Of a DNA stretch of 64,000 nt, positions 36,255 to 46,356 are shown piece by piece. The notes below the pieces were generated by a model. The model worked only from the letters and a program-made list of their open reading frames with translations, was not told the origin of the DNA and searched no databases. Where the stretch lies: NCBI GenBank assembly GCA_021827685.1, contig JAKAUM010000007.1, positions 9,842 to 73,841 on the forward strand, given 5' to 3'. Each line of letters begins with the position of its first letter. Positions within the stretch are counted from its first letter, which is position 1. The translations under genes and the position numbers were made by a program. The DNA is from a bacterium (GTDB lineage Bacteria; Patescibacteriota; Minisyncoccia; UBA6257; 2-01-FULL-56-20).

Positions 36255-37256
36255 TCAGATTGCCTTTGCGACATAATTTTTTGGCGCTTTTTTGAGCAGC
36301 TGCTTGAGCGCGGCCCGGGTGAGCAGCCCTGTTTGCGCGCCGTAAAACTGAACGACGTGCATGGATTCTATGGGCGCCCAGCGGAGCGCTTCGTGGACCG
36401 GCAGGCCGTAAATCAGCGCCGCCATAAAGCCCGTGGAAAACGCGTCGCCGGCTCCCGTCCGGGAAATCGGCGGCTTCGGGTCCGGATACGGCGGCATGAA
36501 GTAGCGGTCCGCGCCGTCCGACGCGTATGCGCCGGCGGGACCGTCGGTCACGGCCACGATTTTCGGGCCGAGCCTATGGAGCGCCCGGAAGAGTTCCGGC
36601 AACGGCGTGCCTTCCGGTTTTTTCGCGACGAGTTCCGCCTCCTCGCGGTTCAAAAAGAGGGCGTACGTATGCCGGTAGACATCCCTCAGCTTCTCCGTGC
36701 CGAAACGCAACTGGAACGTACCGGGATTGAACCCCATCCTGACGTCGGGGTGGCGCTTTAGGTAAGCAGCCATCTCGCGGTGGAACGGAAGGGTATGCTC
36801 CGCGATGGAGGAAAAATAAATCCAGTCCGCGCGCGCGTCGAGCGCGCGCGGATTCGCGTACTCGAAGGGCTGATGCTTGATAAGAATCGTCCGCTCCGTA
36901 TCGTAGGTAAGGACAAAGTGGTAATTGGTCGGCAGGTTCCGGTTCACCCTCACGAATTCGTCCGCGACTTTCTCTTTCTTATAGGCGGCGAGCACTTCCT
37001 TGCCGTGGCCGTCCCCGCCTATCGCGGTAAGCATGGCCGTTCTAAGGCCGAGCCTGCTCGCACCCACTGCGACATTGGACGCGTTCCCCACCGCAGGCGC
37101 GACGAAAAGCGACTGGTACGGGATTTTGTCCGCAAAAGCCATGCAGAGTTCCGCGTGTTCGTGCTTCTTGTCCCACTCGACCCGCGCCTCTTCGAGCTGG
37201 ATGAACGCATCGATAACCACGTCCCCCACGCACACGAGATCGTATTTGCGCCTCAT
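36255..37256 (-). CDS. PfkB-family carbohydrate kinase
   Basis: GAGDAFSTGF motif and ribokinase-like fold. Confidence 0.8.
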   Translation of the reverse strand: MRRKYDLVCVGDVVIDAFIQLEEARVEWDKKHEHAELCMAFADKIPYQSLFVAPAVGNASNVAVGASRLGLRTAMLTAIGGDGHGKEVLAAYKKEKVADEFVRVNRNLPTNYHFVLTYDTERTILIKHQPFEYANPRALDARADWIYFSSIAEHTLPFHREMAAYLKRHPDVRMGFNPGTFQLRFGTEKLRDVYRHTYALFLNREEAELVAKKPEGTPLPELFRALHRLGPKIVAVTDGPAGAYASDGADRYFMPPYPDPKPPISRTGAGDAFSTGFMAALIYGLPVHEALRWAPIESMHVVQFYGAQTGLLTRAALKQLLKKAPKNYVAKAI

Positions 37257-37317
37257 AGCAGTATTATACCCCGCCCGCAGGGTTGTGGAAAAGCGGCCGG
37301 GCGGTTAGGATGGAATC

Positions 37318-37983
37318 ATGAAATCCTTGGAGGATCCGACGCCGGCGGCGGAGCGTGCCGAAGATCCCGTGTTGCGGGAAAAGATAGAAGAACTTCGCGC
37401 CGAACTCGACAGGGCGCGCAAAGAAGCCGTCACGGACGAAATGACCGGTGCGTATAACCGCCGCGGGTTCAAGGAGAAAATCCTCGAAGGAAGAGGGCGC
37501 GAAAGGCGGCGCGCTACCGCCATCCTCATCGTTGACGTAGACAATTTTAAAATGATCAATGACGCCTACGGGCATGACGCGGGCGATGCGGCGGTCGCGG
37601 CGGCGGCCGATTTCCTCCGCGCCAATACGCGGTCGCGCGATACTGTTTCGCGATGGGGCGGCGACGAATTCGTCGTGGCATTCAGCGGCGCGGAGGCGCA
37701 GGACATCATCAATAAATTTTACGAACCGGAGAATTCCGCGCGGCCGATGGAGGATCGCCGTTCAAAAATCAGCATTCCCGTAGAACTCGGCGGCCAGAAA
37801 ACGTTCGTCACCTTGAGCGGCGGCATTACGACCATGAGGGAAGGAGAATCCTTGGAAGAAGCGGTCGCGCGCGCAGACCGCGCGCTCTACCGCGCGAAAG
37901 AGGCCGGGAAAAACCGGCTAGAATCGGCGGACGAAGAAGGCCCTCGGTCGGCGGCGGCGGCGCCTGCGGAAACCTCCGGGTAG
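37318..37983 (+). CDS. GGDEF-domain diguanylate cyclase with N-terminal coiled coil
   Basis: RWGGDEFVVAF; DxxTGxxNRR. Confidence 0.8.
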   Translation: MKSLEDPTPAAERAEDPVLREKIEELRAELDRARKEAVTDEMTGAYNRRGFKEKILEGRGRERRRATAILIVDVDNFKMINDAYGHDAGDAAVAAAADFLRANTRSRDTVSRWGGDEFVVAFSGAEAQDIINKFYEPENSARPMEDRRSKISIPVELGGQKTFVTLSGGITTMREGESLEEAVARADRALYRAKEAGKNRLESADEEGPRSAAAAPAETSG

Positions 37984-38047
37984 GCCGCGGCGGACGTACG
38001 GGAGCGACCGGCCCGGCCCGGCTACCGCTCGACCGCCGTCTCCACCG

Positions 38048-39136
38048 CTACTTCCTGCGCAAGGCCCTTTTTACGGCGGCCTTAATGTCTTTTACCCCCA
38101 TGCCGTACTTTTCGATGAGCTCTTCCGGCGGCCCTGATTCGCCGAACGTGTCATGCAGTCCGATGAATTCAATCGGCACCGGCGCCCGCCTCGCAAGCGC
38201 TTCCGCGACCGCGCCGCCGAGGCCGCCGCGGATCTGGTGCTCCTCCACCGTAACGACCGCGCCGGCTTTCTTTGCAAGCTCGGCGAGCGTCCTTTCGTCA
38301 AGAGGGCTGATCGTATGCACGTTCAGCACCGTCGCGCAGATTTTCTCCTTCTCGAGCTCGCGTGCCGCGACAAGGGCATGGTGCAGAAGGCCGCCGCAAG
38401 CCGCGATGAGCACCTGCGGCTTCTTCGACTGCCAGAAGATTTCCGCCTTGCCCGGGACGAAAGGAGTTTCGTCCGTCGTCATCACGGGCGTTTTTTCCCT
38501 CTGGAAGCGGAGGTATACCGGCCCCCAGACCTGCGCCGCCGCAAGCGTCGCCTTCCGCGCTTCTATCGCATCGCAAGGAACGATGACTTTCATGTTCGGC
38601 ATGGCCCGCATCATTGCGATATCCTCCGTCGCCTGATGCGTCGCGCCGTCCGGACCGACCGAAATGCCCGCGTGGTGCCCCGCGATCTTCACGTTCGCGT
38701 TGTTGTAGGCGATCGTCGTCCTGATTTGCTCCCAATTGCGGCCCGGCGAAAAAGTCGCGTACGAGGCGATGAACGGAATCTTGCCGGAGATGCCGAGCCC
38801 CGCGGCGATCGTCGCCATATTCTGTTCCGCGACGCCGAGCTCGATATAGCGCTCCGGAAACCGCTTCGCGAACGCGTCCGTGCGCGTGGATTCCGCAAGA
38901 TCGGCGCACAGCGCGACGACATTCGCATCCTTCTCGCCCGCGGCGACAAGCCCTTCGCCGTAGCCGTTCCGCGTCGGCGCCTGGGCGGCGTCCGCGTCGA
39001 ACAGCTTCGAATTCAGTTTTGCCGCCGGATCCAGCATATTATCGCGTACCAAGGCGTTCCTTTTGGCCCCGGCTGACAAGCCAGGCGCTTCCGCCGACCA
39101 TGAGCGCCCCGACGATGATCGCCGTACCAAGCCCAA
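38048..39136 (-). CDS. Transketolase, C-terminal subunit
   Basis: Pyrimidine-binding and C-terminal domains of split transketolase. Confidence 0.85.
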   Translation of the reverse strand: MGLVRRSSSGRSWSAEAPGLSAGAKRNALVRDNMLDPAAKLNSKLFDADAAQAPTRNGYGEGLVAAGEKDANVVALCADLAESTRTDAFAKRFPERYIELGVAEQNMATIAAGLGISGKIPFIASYATFSPGRNWEQIRTTIAYNNANVKIAGHHAGISVGPDGATHQATEDIAMMRAMPNMKVIVPCDAIEARKATLAAAQVWGPVYLRFQREKTPVMTTDETPFVPGKAEIFWQSKKPQVLIAACGGLLHHALVAARELEKEKICATVLNVHTISPLDERTLAELAKKAGAVVTVEEHQIRGGLGGAVAEALARRAPVPIEFIGLHDTFGESGPPEELIEKYGMGVKDIKAAVKRALRRK

Positions 39137-39159
39137 AGACGATATTGACGATTTTCATA

Positions 39160-40740
39160 TTATTCGTGTTCGTTCTTTATTCTCCCTCCGAGCGTCCGCA
39201 GTTCATGCAAAGCCCGCTCCGCCTCGCCGGGCCGGAACGGCTTCGAGTGCCAAAGGAAATCGTTTTCCATAAAATCCACCCCCTTGCCGGGAATCGTATG
39301 CGCGATGATGCAGGTCGGCTTTTCGTAGACCGCCCGCGCCTCGTTCACGGCCGCGATGATCTCTTCGAAGCTGTGGCCGTCGATTTCGAGCACGTGCCAG
39401 CCGAAAGATTCGTATTTCGAGCGGAGCGGTTCGAGCGGCATGACGTTTTCCGTGAATCCGTCTATTTGAATATTGTTGCGGTCGACGATGACGGTAAGAT
39501 CGTGCAGGCGGTTTTTCCCCGCGAACATCGCGGCTTCCCACGTATTCCCTTCTTCATGCTCTCCGTCGGAAGTAAGGCAGTACGTCCGCCACCTCCGGCC
39601 GTTGAGCCGGGCGGCGAGCGCCATCCCGCACGCCTGGGAAAGTCCGCTGCCGAGAGGCCCCGAAGTCGTCTCGATTCCGGGAAGCGCGCCGCGGTGCGGG
39701 TGCCCCTGGAGGCGCGTGCCGAGACGGCGGAGCGTCTTCAGCTCTTCCACGGGAAAATATCCGGCGCGCGCGAGGGCGGCGTATTGCACGGGGCATGCGT
39801 GCCCGTTCGAAAGCACGAGCCGGTCGCGGTCCGGCCAGTCCGGCCGCGCGGGATCGTGGTTTAAAATATGGAAATAGAATGCGGCGACGATATCGGCCAT
39901 GCCGAGAGGGCCGGCAATATGGCCGGAACCCGCCCGGGAAACCATGGCGATCACGTCCTCGCGCAGGCGGTTCGCCATGAATTCCAGCTCTTTCAGTTTT
40001 TTGTCGGTAAGGGATTCCATATCTTGTGCGCGCCGCCGCGGCGCGGGCGCGGTTGCGCGATACCATTCCGACCGCGGCGGCGCGGGATGCGCAAGCTCGC
40101 GGTACGCCGCGGCGGGATCGCCGCTTTCAAAAATATACGTGCCGGAGACGACGATGTCCGCGCCGGCAACTTCCGCGCGCCGCGCGGCCGCGGGCGCGAT
40201 GCCTCCGTCGACTTCTATTATAGCATCGGGGATTTTCTTCCGAAGCAGGCGCGCTTTCATAAGCGTAAGCGGCAGGAACTTCTGGCCTGCGGGACCGGGA
40301 TGCACTGCAAGCACCTGGAAAAGTTTCGTGAGCGGCGGGCGCCCGGCGCCTCCGAGGAACGGCGCAAGTTGCGAAATTTTCGTTTCCGGATTCGAGGAGA
40401 GCATGGCTTCCGCGCCCCGCGCGCGGCATTTTTCCGCGATCGCGGCGAACGCGCGCGCATCCGCCGCCTCCGCGTGCACGATAAGGCGCTTGGCGCCCGC
40501 CGCAAGCCAGGCATCCGCATGCGCCTCCGGATGCTCCACCATTAGATGCACCTCCGCCGAAAACGGCGCACGGAGATTCGCCCATTCCGCGGGGCTCACG
40601 CCGGATTTATGGAACGTAAAAACGCCGTCCGCGACGTCGAGATGGATAAGCTCGCCGGGCGCGAGAAATGTTTTTGCCTTTTCAAGGCGCTCCCGGACGC
40701 ACCGCAAGTCGGAACAGTTGATGACGGGAATAACCTTCAT
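39160..40740 (-). CDS. Fusion protein: ribulose-phosphate 3-epimerase (N-terminal) + transketolase N-terminal (TPP-binding) subunit
   Basis: N-terminus: IHLDVADGVF, HLMVEHPE, VHPGPAGQKF, EVDGGI (Rpe); C-terminus: GSGHIAGPLG, SNGH, TPP-binding region. Confidence 0.8.
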   Translation of the reverse strand: MKVIPVINCSDLRCVRERLEKAKTFLAPGELIHLDVADGVFTFHKSGVSPAEWANLRAPFSAEVHLMVEHPEAHADAWLAAGAKRLIVHAEAADARAFAAIAEKCRARGAEAMLSSNPETKISQLAPFLGGAGRPPLTKLFQVLAVHPGPAGQKFLPLTLMKARLLRKKIPDAIIEVDGGIAPAAARRAEVAGADIVVSGTYIFESGDPAAAYRELAHPAPPRSEWYRATAPAPRRRAQDMESLTDKKLKELEFMANRLREDVIAMVSRAGSGHIAGPLGMADIVAAFYFHILNHDPARPDWPDRDRLVLSNGHACPVQYAALARAGYFPVEELKTLRRLGTRLQGHPHRGALPGIETTSGPLGSGLSQACGMALAARLNGRRWRTYCLTSDGEHEEGNTWEAAMFAGKNRLHDLTVIVDRNNIQIDGFTENVMPLEPLRSKYESFGWHVLEIDGHSFEEIIAAVNEARAVYEKPTCIIAHTIPGKGVDFMENDFLWHSKPFRPGEAERALHELRTLGGRIKNEHE

Positions 40741-41183
40741 GCTTCGAGTCCCGCGATTTTCCGGAGCCGGCGGGCGTAGCGCTCGCCGCCGTCGAACGGC
40801 GTCGTAAGGAACACTTTCGCGATCTTCAACGCCGCCGCTTCATCCGTAAAATCCGCAGCGAGCGCAAGCACGTTGATGTCGTCATCATGGCGTCCTTGAT
40901 AGGCCTGATCGGGCGACGCGGCAAGCCCCGCGCGCACGCCGCTCACCTTGTTCGCCGCGATGTCCGCGCCGATACCGGAACCGCACACCACGATGCCGCG
41001 CGAGAGGTCCGGCGCGGAAGCGACGCCCCGCGCGACCGCCCCCGCATAATCCGGATAATCGTCGTCCGGCGCGAGCGCCGCGGCGCCTTCGTCCGCGATT
41101 TCATATCCTTCCTCTTTTAATGCGGCCTTCAGGCGCTCCTTCAGCGCGAAACCGCGGTGATCGGCGCCGAGATAGATGACCAT
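40737..41183 (-). CDS. rpiB: Ribose-5-phosphate isomerase B
   Basis: LGADHRGF, GSGIG motifs; 148 aa. Confidence 0.85.
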   Translation of the reverse strand: MVIYLGADHRGFALKERLKAALKEEGYEIADEGAAALAPDDDYPDYAGAVARGVASAPDLSRGIVVCGSGIGADIAANKVSGVRAGLAASPDQAYQGRHDDDINVLALAADFTDEAAALKIAKVFLTTPFDGGERYARRLRKIAGLEA

Positions 41184-41198
41184 GGGACGATTATGCGT

Positions 41199-42239
41199 TT
41201 ATTTCCCCGCGAGCGCGGCTACATGCTTTACGAGCGTCGCCACGTAGCCGGCTTCGTTGTCGTACCATGAAAGAACCTTGACGAGGTCGCCGTCCACCAC
41301 TTTCGTGAATCCGAGGTCCACGATGGCGCCGTACCGTTCGCCGACGATGTCGCGCGAGACGATCTGGTCATTCGTCACTTTCAATATCCCCTGCCACCGC
41401 GGCGAGGCGGCGGCGTCCGACAAGATCTTGTTTATCTCCTCGACGGAAGTCGGCCGCTTTGCGACGAACGTGATGTCGGAGATCGAACCGACGATGGACG
41501 GCACGCGGAACGCCATGCCGTCGAACTTGCCCTTGAGCTCCGGAATCGCGCGCGTGACGGCGACGGCGGCGCCCGTCGTGGACGGAGAAATGTTCTGGGC
41601 CGCCGCGCGGCCGCGGCGGTAGTCGCGGCCGCGCACGGGGCCGTCGACGATGCTCTGGGTCGCCGTATAAGAGTGGACCGTGGAAAGTATCGCCTTCACG
41701 ATGCCTGGGTTTTCCGAGAGCGCCTGGATGACGGGCGACGCCGAGTTCGTAGTGCAGGAACCGTTCGAGGTGACGGGGCATGCCGCAATCTGATCATCAT
41801 TTACGCCCATGAGGATCGTGCGTCCGGCGGGCCCATCTTCGTCCTTTGCCGGCGCCGTAATCACGACGCGCTTCGCGCCGGCCGCGAGATGCGCCTTTGC
41901 CTGCTCAAAAGATTCGAAAAAACCGGTGGACTCCACGGCAACATCGATATCCATATCCTTCCACGGAAGCGCGGACGGATCCTTGACTTGGAGGAATTTC
42001 ACCGGCGTCCCGTCCACTATGAGCGCGCCCGCCGCGGGGTCGTGCCTCACTTCTTTATCATAACGTCCATAGACCGTATCGTACCGGAGGAGATATGCAA
42101 GATTTTCCGCGTCGCCCAGATCGTTCAGGGCCACTATCTCCATGTCCTCCCTCCCGAACGCCTGCCGGAAAAACAGCCTGCCGATCCTTCCGAAACCGTT
42201 CACCGCAACGCGAAGCTTTGCCATATCCTTATTATACAT
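41199..42239 (-). CDS. gap: Glyceraldehyde-3-phosphate dehydrogenase
   Basis: VNGFGRIGR N-terminus; SCTTN-like catalytic region. Confidence 0.9.
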   Translation of the reverse strand: MYNKDMAKLRVAVNGFGRIGRLFFRQAFGREDMEIVALNDLGDAENLAYLLRYDTVYGRYDKEVRHDPAAGALIVDGTPVKFLQVKDPSALPWKDMDIDVAVESTGFFESFEQAKAHLAAGAKRVVITAPAKDEDGPAGRTILMGVNDDQIAACPVTSNGSCTTNSASPVIQALSENPGIVKAILSTVHSYTATQSIVDGPVRGRDYRRGRAAAQNISPSTTGAAVAVTRAIPELKGKFDGMAFRVPSIVGSISDITFVAKRPTSVEEINKILSDAAASPRWQGILKVTNDQIVSRDIVGERYGAIVDLGFTKVVDGDLVKVLSWYDNEAGYVATLVKHVAALAGK

Positions 42240-42272
42240 GAAAGTTCTTCCGTGCGCTTGCCTCTCGTCCGC

Positions 42273-42782
42273 TTACTGCCCTATCTGCACCGCATCGCCG
42301 ACGCGGATGCCGTATTTCGCGACCGCGCCAGCATTCGTTTCGAGCACCTTGTCCGTGCCGTCGGGGGAAGAATAAATCCTGAGCTTCCATAGCGGGGCTC
42401 CCGGCTGAGGCGCGGCATCCTGTACGAATCCGAGTACCTCTTCGCCGCCGCCCGCGGCGGACGGCCCCATCCAGATCATGTCAATGGGGAAGTTCATATC
42501 CTTCATCCAGAAATTCTGAACGCCCGGCCGCCTGAAGATGAAAAGCATCCCGTCGTCCGCGCCCAAGGCGGTGCGGTATGAAAGACCCCTGGCCTTCGCA
42601 ATCGTCGTCGTCGCAACTTCGGCATTGAACGCGGCGCCGCCGATGCGCACGGTCGCCGCGGCGAGCGGCGGATTCGGGCGGCGGAATAAGTAAAGATAGG
42701 AGACCGCCGCGCCGGCGGCCACTACGATAACGGTGATAAGCATAAAGAGTGCCATGTCCTTTTTCATCGGCGGTGCTTCCAT
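42273..42782 (-). CDS. DUF192-family protein (membrane-anchored)
   Basis: FWMKDMNFPIDMIW DUF192 signature. Confidence 0.7.
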   Translation of the reverse strand: MEAPPMKKDMALFMLITVIVVAAGAAVSYLYLFRRPNPPLAAATVRIGGAAFNAEVATTTIAKARGLSYRTALGADDGMLFIFRRPGVQNFWMKDMNFPIDMIWMGPSAAGGGEEVLGFVQDAAPQPGAPLWKLRIYSSPDGTDKVLETNAGAVAKYGIRVGDAVQIGQ

Positions 42783-43363
42783 CCTACCATGCCGGATCTC
42801 CCGCCGCGGCGGGAGGGATGCTCGCCAAGGCGGCGGGTGGTCGCGTCCGAGTGCGGCAGCGGGGCGGCCGCGCGGGGCCGCGGCGAAGGGCGGCGAAGCC
42901 CGAACGCGACCACGCCGAACGCAACCGCGACATTCAGGGATTCTTTTTTTCCGGACATCGGTATCTCAAGAACCCTGTCCGCGAGGGCGAGGACGGACGG
43001 CGGGAGGCCGCGCACTTCCGCGCCCATAACGAGGCAGAACTTTCCGGCGCGCGTTTCGCGCGCCGGAATCTTGAAATACGGGGTGGCGCGGGACGATTGT
43101 TCCACGGCAAAAATCCGCCACCCGTCCCGCCGCAGGCGCTTCAGGACCGCGGTCGAACTTTTTGCGGATTCCCATGCGACATAGTCCTGCGCCCCGAGCG
43201 CCACCTTCGCGAAATCGGGCCGGAGCGCCCCAAAGCGGTCGAGCGGCGCGGGAGTGATCCCGCAAAGATAAATGCGTTCCGCTCCCGCCGCATCCGCCGT
43301 ACGGAAAATCGAGCCGACGTTATGGATGCTCCTGATATTATGGAGCGCAACCGCGAATCGCAT
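42764..43363 (-). CDS. SpoU/TrmH-family RNA 2'-O-methyltransferase; start at internal MRFAVAL
   Basis: SPOUT motifs (LVMGAE, NVAVA); the long upstream ORF extension is Arg-rich junk. Confidence 0.75.
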   Translation of the reverse strand: MRFAVALHNIRSIHNVGSIFRTADAAGAERIYLCGITPAPLDRFGALRPDFAKVALGAQDYVAWESAKSSTAVLKRLRRDGWRIFAVEQSSRATPYFKIPARETRAGKFCLVMGAEVRGLPPSVLALADRVLEIPMSGKKESLNVAVAFGVVAFGLRRPSPRPRAAAPLPHSDATTRRLGEHPSRRGGRSGMVGWKHRR

Positions 43364-43371
43364 AAAACATA

Positions 43372-45042
43372 TTATAGGGTAAAATCCGCCGCATTGTCTC
43401 CGGTGTCGCGGATTGCGCCGTCCGAGAATTTCCGCGCGAGCGCCTGGCCGGCGCCCGGATCCGCGGGATAAGGCGCGCCTTCGCCATATTGCCCCTCTCC
43501 CATCCCCCATGCGACCGCATCCATTACGGTTCCGCTTGCATCGAAGAGCGCGACGCTGTTGTCCGCGGCGAGCGTCTCCGAACTCGTCGCATCGGCATGA
43601 ATCGCGGCGCCGAACCCGTTCCCGCCGTTCGCCCAGACGAAATACCCATCCGCCGGAACCATACTGCCGACAGGAAACGTCCGCAGGGAATATTCCGCGC
43701 CGGTCGCCGACTTCTTTTTTAATTTCCATCCGCCGACGTCCACGGCGACAGCCGACGGGTTAAAAAGCTTCACGAAGTCATTGTCGGGCGCATCCCCGGC
43801 GATCTGCACCTCGGCGATCTCTATTACCGTGGAGGACACCTCGGCAATCGCGCACGGCGGCTCTTCCGAGGTCGAAGTTGCGCCGCTATTACTGTCGTTC
43901 CCGCCGCCCGCACCGCTTGCGCCGCCGCTTCCGCCTGCGAGAACCGGCGCAGGAACCGAATTCTTCGCCTTCGGCGTACCGCCAGGATCAACGCTCGTAT
44001 GCCATCCGTAGCCGTCGGCATCGCGCTCAAGCGTGCGCTTATCCGTATTATCTCCTCCCGGCCAGCCGGATACCGCCGAAATCCGGTCCGCAACCGCGCA
44101 TCCTGGGCCGAAAAGGGTAAGCGTCGCTCCTTCGTTGGAAAGCGCTCCCGCATATCCCTGGTCGGCTTCAATTCCCGGAATGGTTCCCGACTCCGCCGGT
44201 CCGCCGCCGCGCTCCAAAAGGTAGAAACCGCCCGCGGGAATGACTGCCGCATCCCCTCTTCCGATTACGATATCCAATTTGCCCGCCGCATCCTCCAATT
44301 GCCACCCCGAAACATCCAACGGCGCTGCCGAAAAATTCGCGAGCTCGATCCATTCTCGATTTCCCGCCGCCTCCGCCGTTTCTCCCGCCCGCGGCGGCGA
44401 ACCCATCCATGCAATTTCATTAATGAATGCCGCGCGCGAGGGCATTTCCAAAGCGGCGGAGGCGATATCGCACGGCGGGGGGATCTTGGCGGCCGGTGCC
44501 GAAGACGCGGCGGCCGGCGGAGAAAATGGAAGCGACAGCGGCTCTTCTCCGGGCGGCGCCGTCGCAGACAAGCCGGACGAAGCATTCGCGCCGTCCGCGG
44601 CGGGAATTTCGTCCGCATGGGAGCCGGCGGCATCGGAGGCCTCAACGGGCGCGTCGGCAGTCGCGCCGTTACCGCCGCCCGCCGCGGAAGCGGCGCCGGG
44701 CAAAACAGCCGCGCCCTGCGGAACATCCGCCATTGCTCCGCGCGCGCTATCCGATGCGACGGAAGGAATTTCTTCAGGGGTGGATCCTAATAAAGTATCC
44801 TCCCCGGAGCCGCCGGCTCCGAGTCCGCGGCCCGCGCCTTCAAATGCCCCGCTCCACGATTGCGCAATAATGGCCGTTGTCGCGTGAAACGCGCTTTTCG
44901 CCGCCGTCGGGAAAAAATATGCCGCCGCGCCGGCCGCCGCGCCAATGCCCGCGAACAATCCCGCCGCAATGCCGAATGCCGCACGCCGCGCCGCCCGCCG
45001 CCGCCGCGCCGCAAACCGCTCTATAGTCTGCATGCCGCCCAC
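43372..45042 (-). CDS. Membrane-anchored surface protein with two lamin-tail-domain (LTD) repeats
   Basis: Two INEIA...GWxL...FVWA-type LTD modules; Ala/Gly-rich linkers. Confidence 0.65.
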   Translation of the reverse strand: MGGMQTIERFAARRRRAARRAAFGIAAGLFAGIGAAAGAAAYFFPTAAKSAFHATTAIIAQSWSGAFEGAGRGLGAGGSGEDTLLGSTPEEIPSVASDSARGAMADVPQGAAVLPGAASAAGGGNGATADAPVEASDAAGSHADEIPAADGANASSGLSATAPPGEEPLSLPFSPPAAASSAPAAKIPPPCDIASAALEMPSRAAFINEIAWMGSPPRAGETAEAAGNREWIELANFSAAPLDVSGWQLEDAAGKLDIVIGRGDAAVIPAGGFYLLERGGGPAESGTIPGIEADQGYAGALSNEGATLTLFGPGCAVADRISAVSGWPGGDNTDKRTLERDADGYGWHTSVDPGGTPKAKNSVPAPVLAGGSGGASGAGGGNDSNSGATSTSEEPPCAIAEVSSTVIEIAEVQIAGDAPDNDFVKLFNPSAVAVDVGGWKLKKKSATGAEYSLRTFPVGSMVPADGYFVWANGGNGFGAAIHADATSSETLAADNSVALFDASGTVMDAVAWGMGEGQYGEGAPYPADPGAGQALARKFSDGAIRDTGDNAADFTL

Positions 45043-45073
45043 CGTAGCACACGAGCCATTAAACGGCCGTTAA

Positions 45074-45817
45074 ATGGTCTATAATAGAAAGATGTCTCCC
45101 AGTCCCCGCTCAGATTTCCACCCACATCCCCGCCTCCGCCGGCGCCCCCCGAGACGGGACAGCGTAAAAACCGCGCTTGTCGTACTCTGGTCCGCGGCGC
45201 TTGCCCTTCTCGTACTCACTTTCATCGCCGTCTTCTATCCGCCCGGAGAGGCCGGGCCCACGACCTTGCCGTTCAGCTTGTCGTCAAGCACTCCCGGCAT
45301 GGCGACGACCACCGCGACCACCACTGCAATCGCCGCCCAAAACCCGGCGCCGACCAGTTCGGCGACGAGCAGTGCGGGCGCCACGAGCACCGTAACCGCC
45401 ACCGCGCCGGGAGAATTCGCGAGCGAGTATTCGACGCCGCCCGTCGCCTGGCAGGACAGCGGCGCGCAATTCTCGCTTACCGGCGCTTCGCTCAGCGGAA
45501 ACGAGCTCACGCTCACGCTTGCGATCCAGATCGGCGACTCCCCCGCGTGCATTCCCGCAAACCTCCGCCTCGTCGCAAACGAGACCGGCGCCCTCCGCGC
45601 GCCGGATTCCCCCGCCGGCGGCGAATTTACCTTCCCCGACACGCAAAGCTGTAACGGGACGCCCGGCGCCGTTTACAGCGCCTCCGTTACATTCAGCGTG
45701 GACGGAGTCGCCCCGCCCTATCTCCTCACGACCGGAGGAGCCGCAAACCAATATTTCTTCGCCGCAACCTCCACCCACGGCGGCGTCAACATTTCGCTCC
45801 CCGCGACGCAGGGTTAA
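45074..45817 (+). CDS. Hypothetical membrane-anchored Thr/Ala-rich extracellular protein
   Basis: Basic N-terminus, one TM helix, T/A/S-rich low complexity. Confidence 0.4.
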   Translation: MVYNRKMSPSPRSDFHPHPRLRRRPPRRDSVKTALVVLWSAALALLVLTFIAVFYPPGEAGPTTLPFSLSSSTPGMATTTATTTAIAAQNPAPTSSATSSAGATSTVTATAPGEFASEYSTPPVAWQDSGAQFSLTGASLSGNELTLTLAIQIGDSPACIPANLRLVANETGALRAPDSPAGGEFTFPDTQSCNGTPGAVYSASVTFSVDGVAPPYLLTTGGAANQYFFAATSTHGGVNISLPATQG

Positions 45818-45827
45818 CGGCTCGAGA

Positions 45828-46328
45828 CTAGCCCGCCCGCACCGGCGCTCCCGAAGGGGGCGCCGTTTTTGCCACGCCGTGTTTCCCGAGATCTTCCAGC
45901 CGGCCTTCCAGGCAGACCGGATCCATGGATTCGATTTCATCCATATACGGCAGCCCTTCCGGCATGCCGTGAAGGAAGAAAATCTTCTTGCCGTGGACGT
46001 ATGCCTGCCCCATTTCGATAAGCACGTTTCCGCCGATATAATTCTTGACGCCGTTCTTCTCGGCATTCACGAAAAGTATGACGTCGCTTTCCAAAATCCC
46101 CTGATAATGCTGTTCCAGATATTTGTTCTCGCGCTTGATGGCAGCCCGCTCGCCCCTGCCTCCCCCGTGCCAGCGCGTCATAATATCCTGCTTCTCGCCG
46201 CGCACGAATGCTTCGTAGTCAGGATGGATCCATGCGTCATAACCGAGCTCCTTCAAGCGGTTCGTCGTGGCCACCATCTCTTCCTTGAACCAGCTGCTGC
46301 CGAGTATATAGATCCTTGCGCCGTCCAT
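45828..46328 (-). CDS. Nucleoside 2-deoxyribosyltransferase-like protein
   Basis: IYILGS...NVLIEMGQAYVHGKKIF pattern. Confidence 0.5.
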   Translation of the reverse strand: MDGARIYILGSSWFKEEMVATTNRLKELGYDAWIHPDYEAFVRGEKQDIMTRWHGGGRGERAAIKRENKYLEQHYQGILESDVILFVNAEKNGVKNYIGGNVLIEMGQAYVHGKKIFFLHGMPEGLPYMDEIESMDPVCLEGRLEDLGKHGVAKTAPPSGAPVRAG

Positions 46329-46356
46329 GATGGCCTCATGATATCATGTAGGCGAT

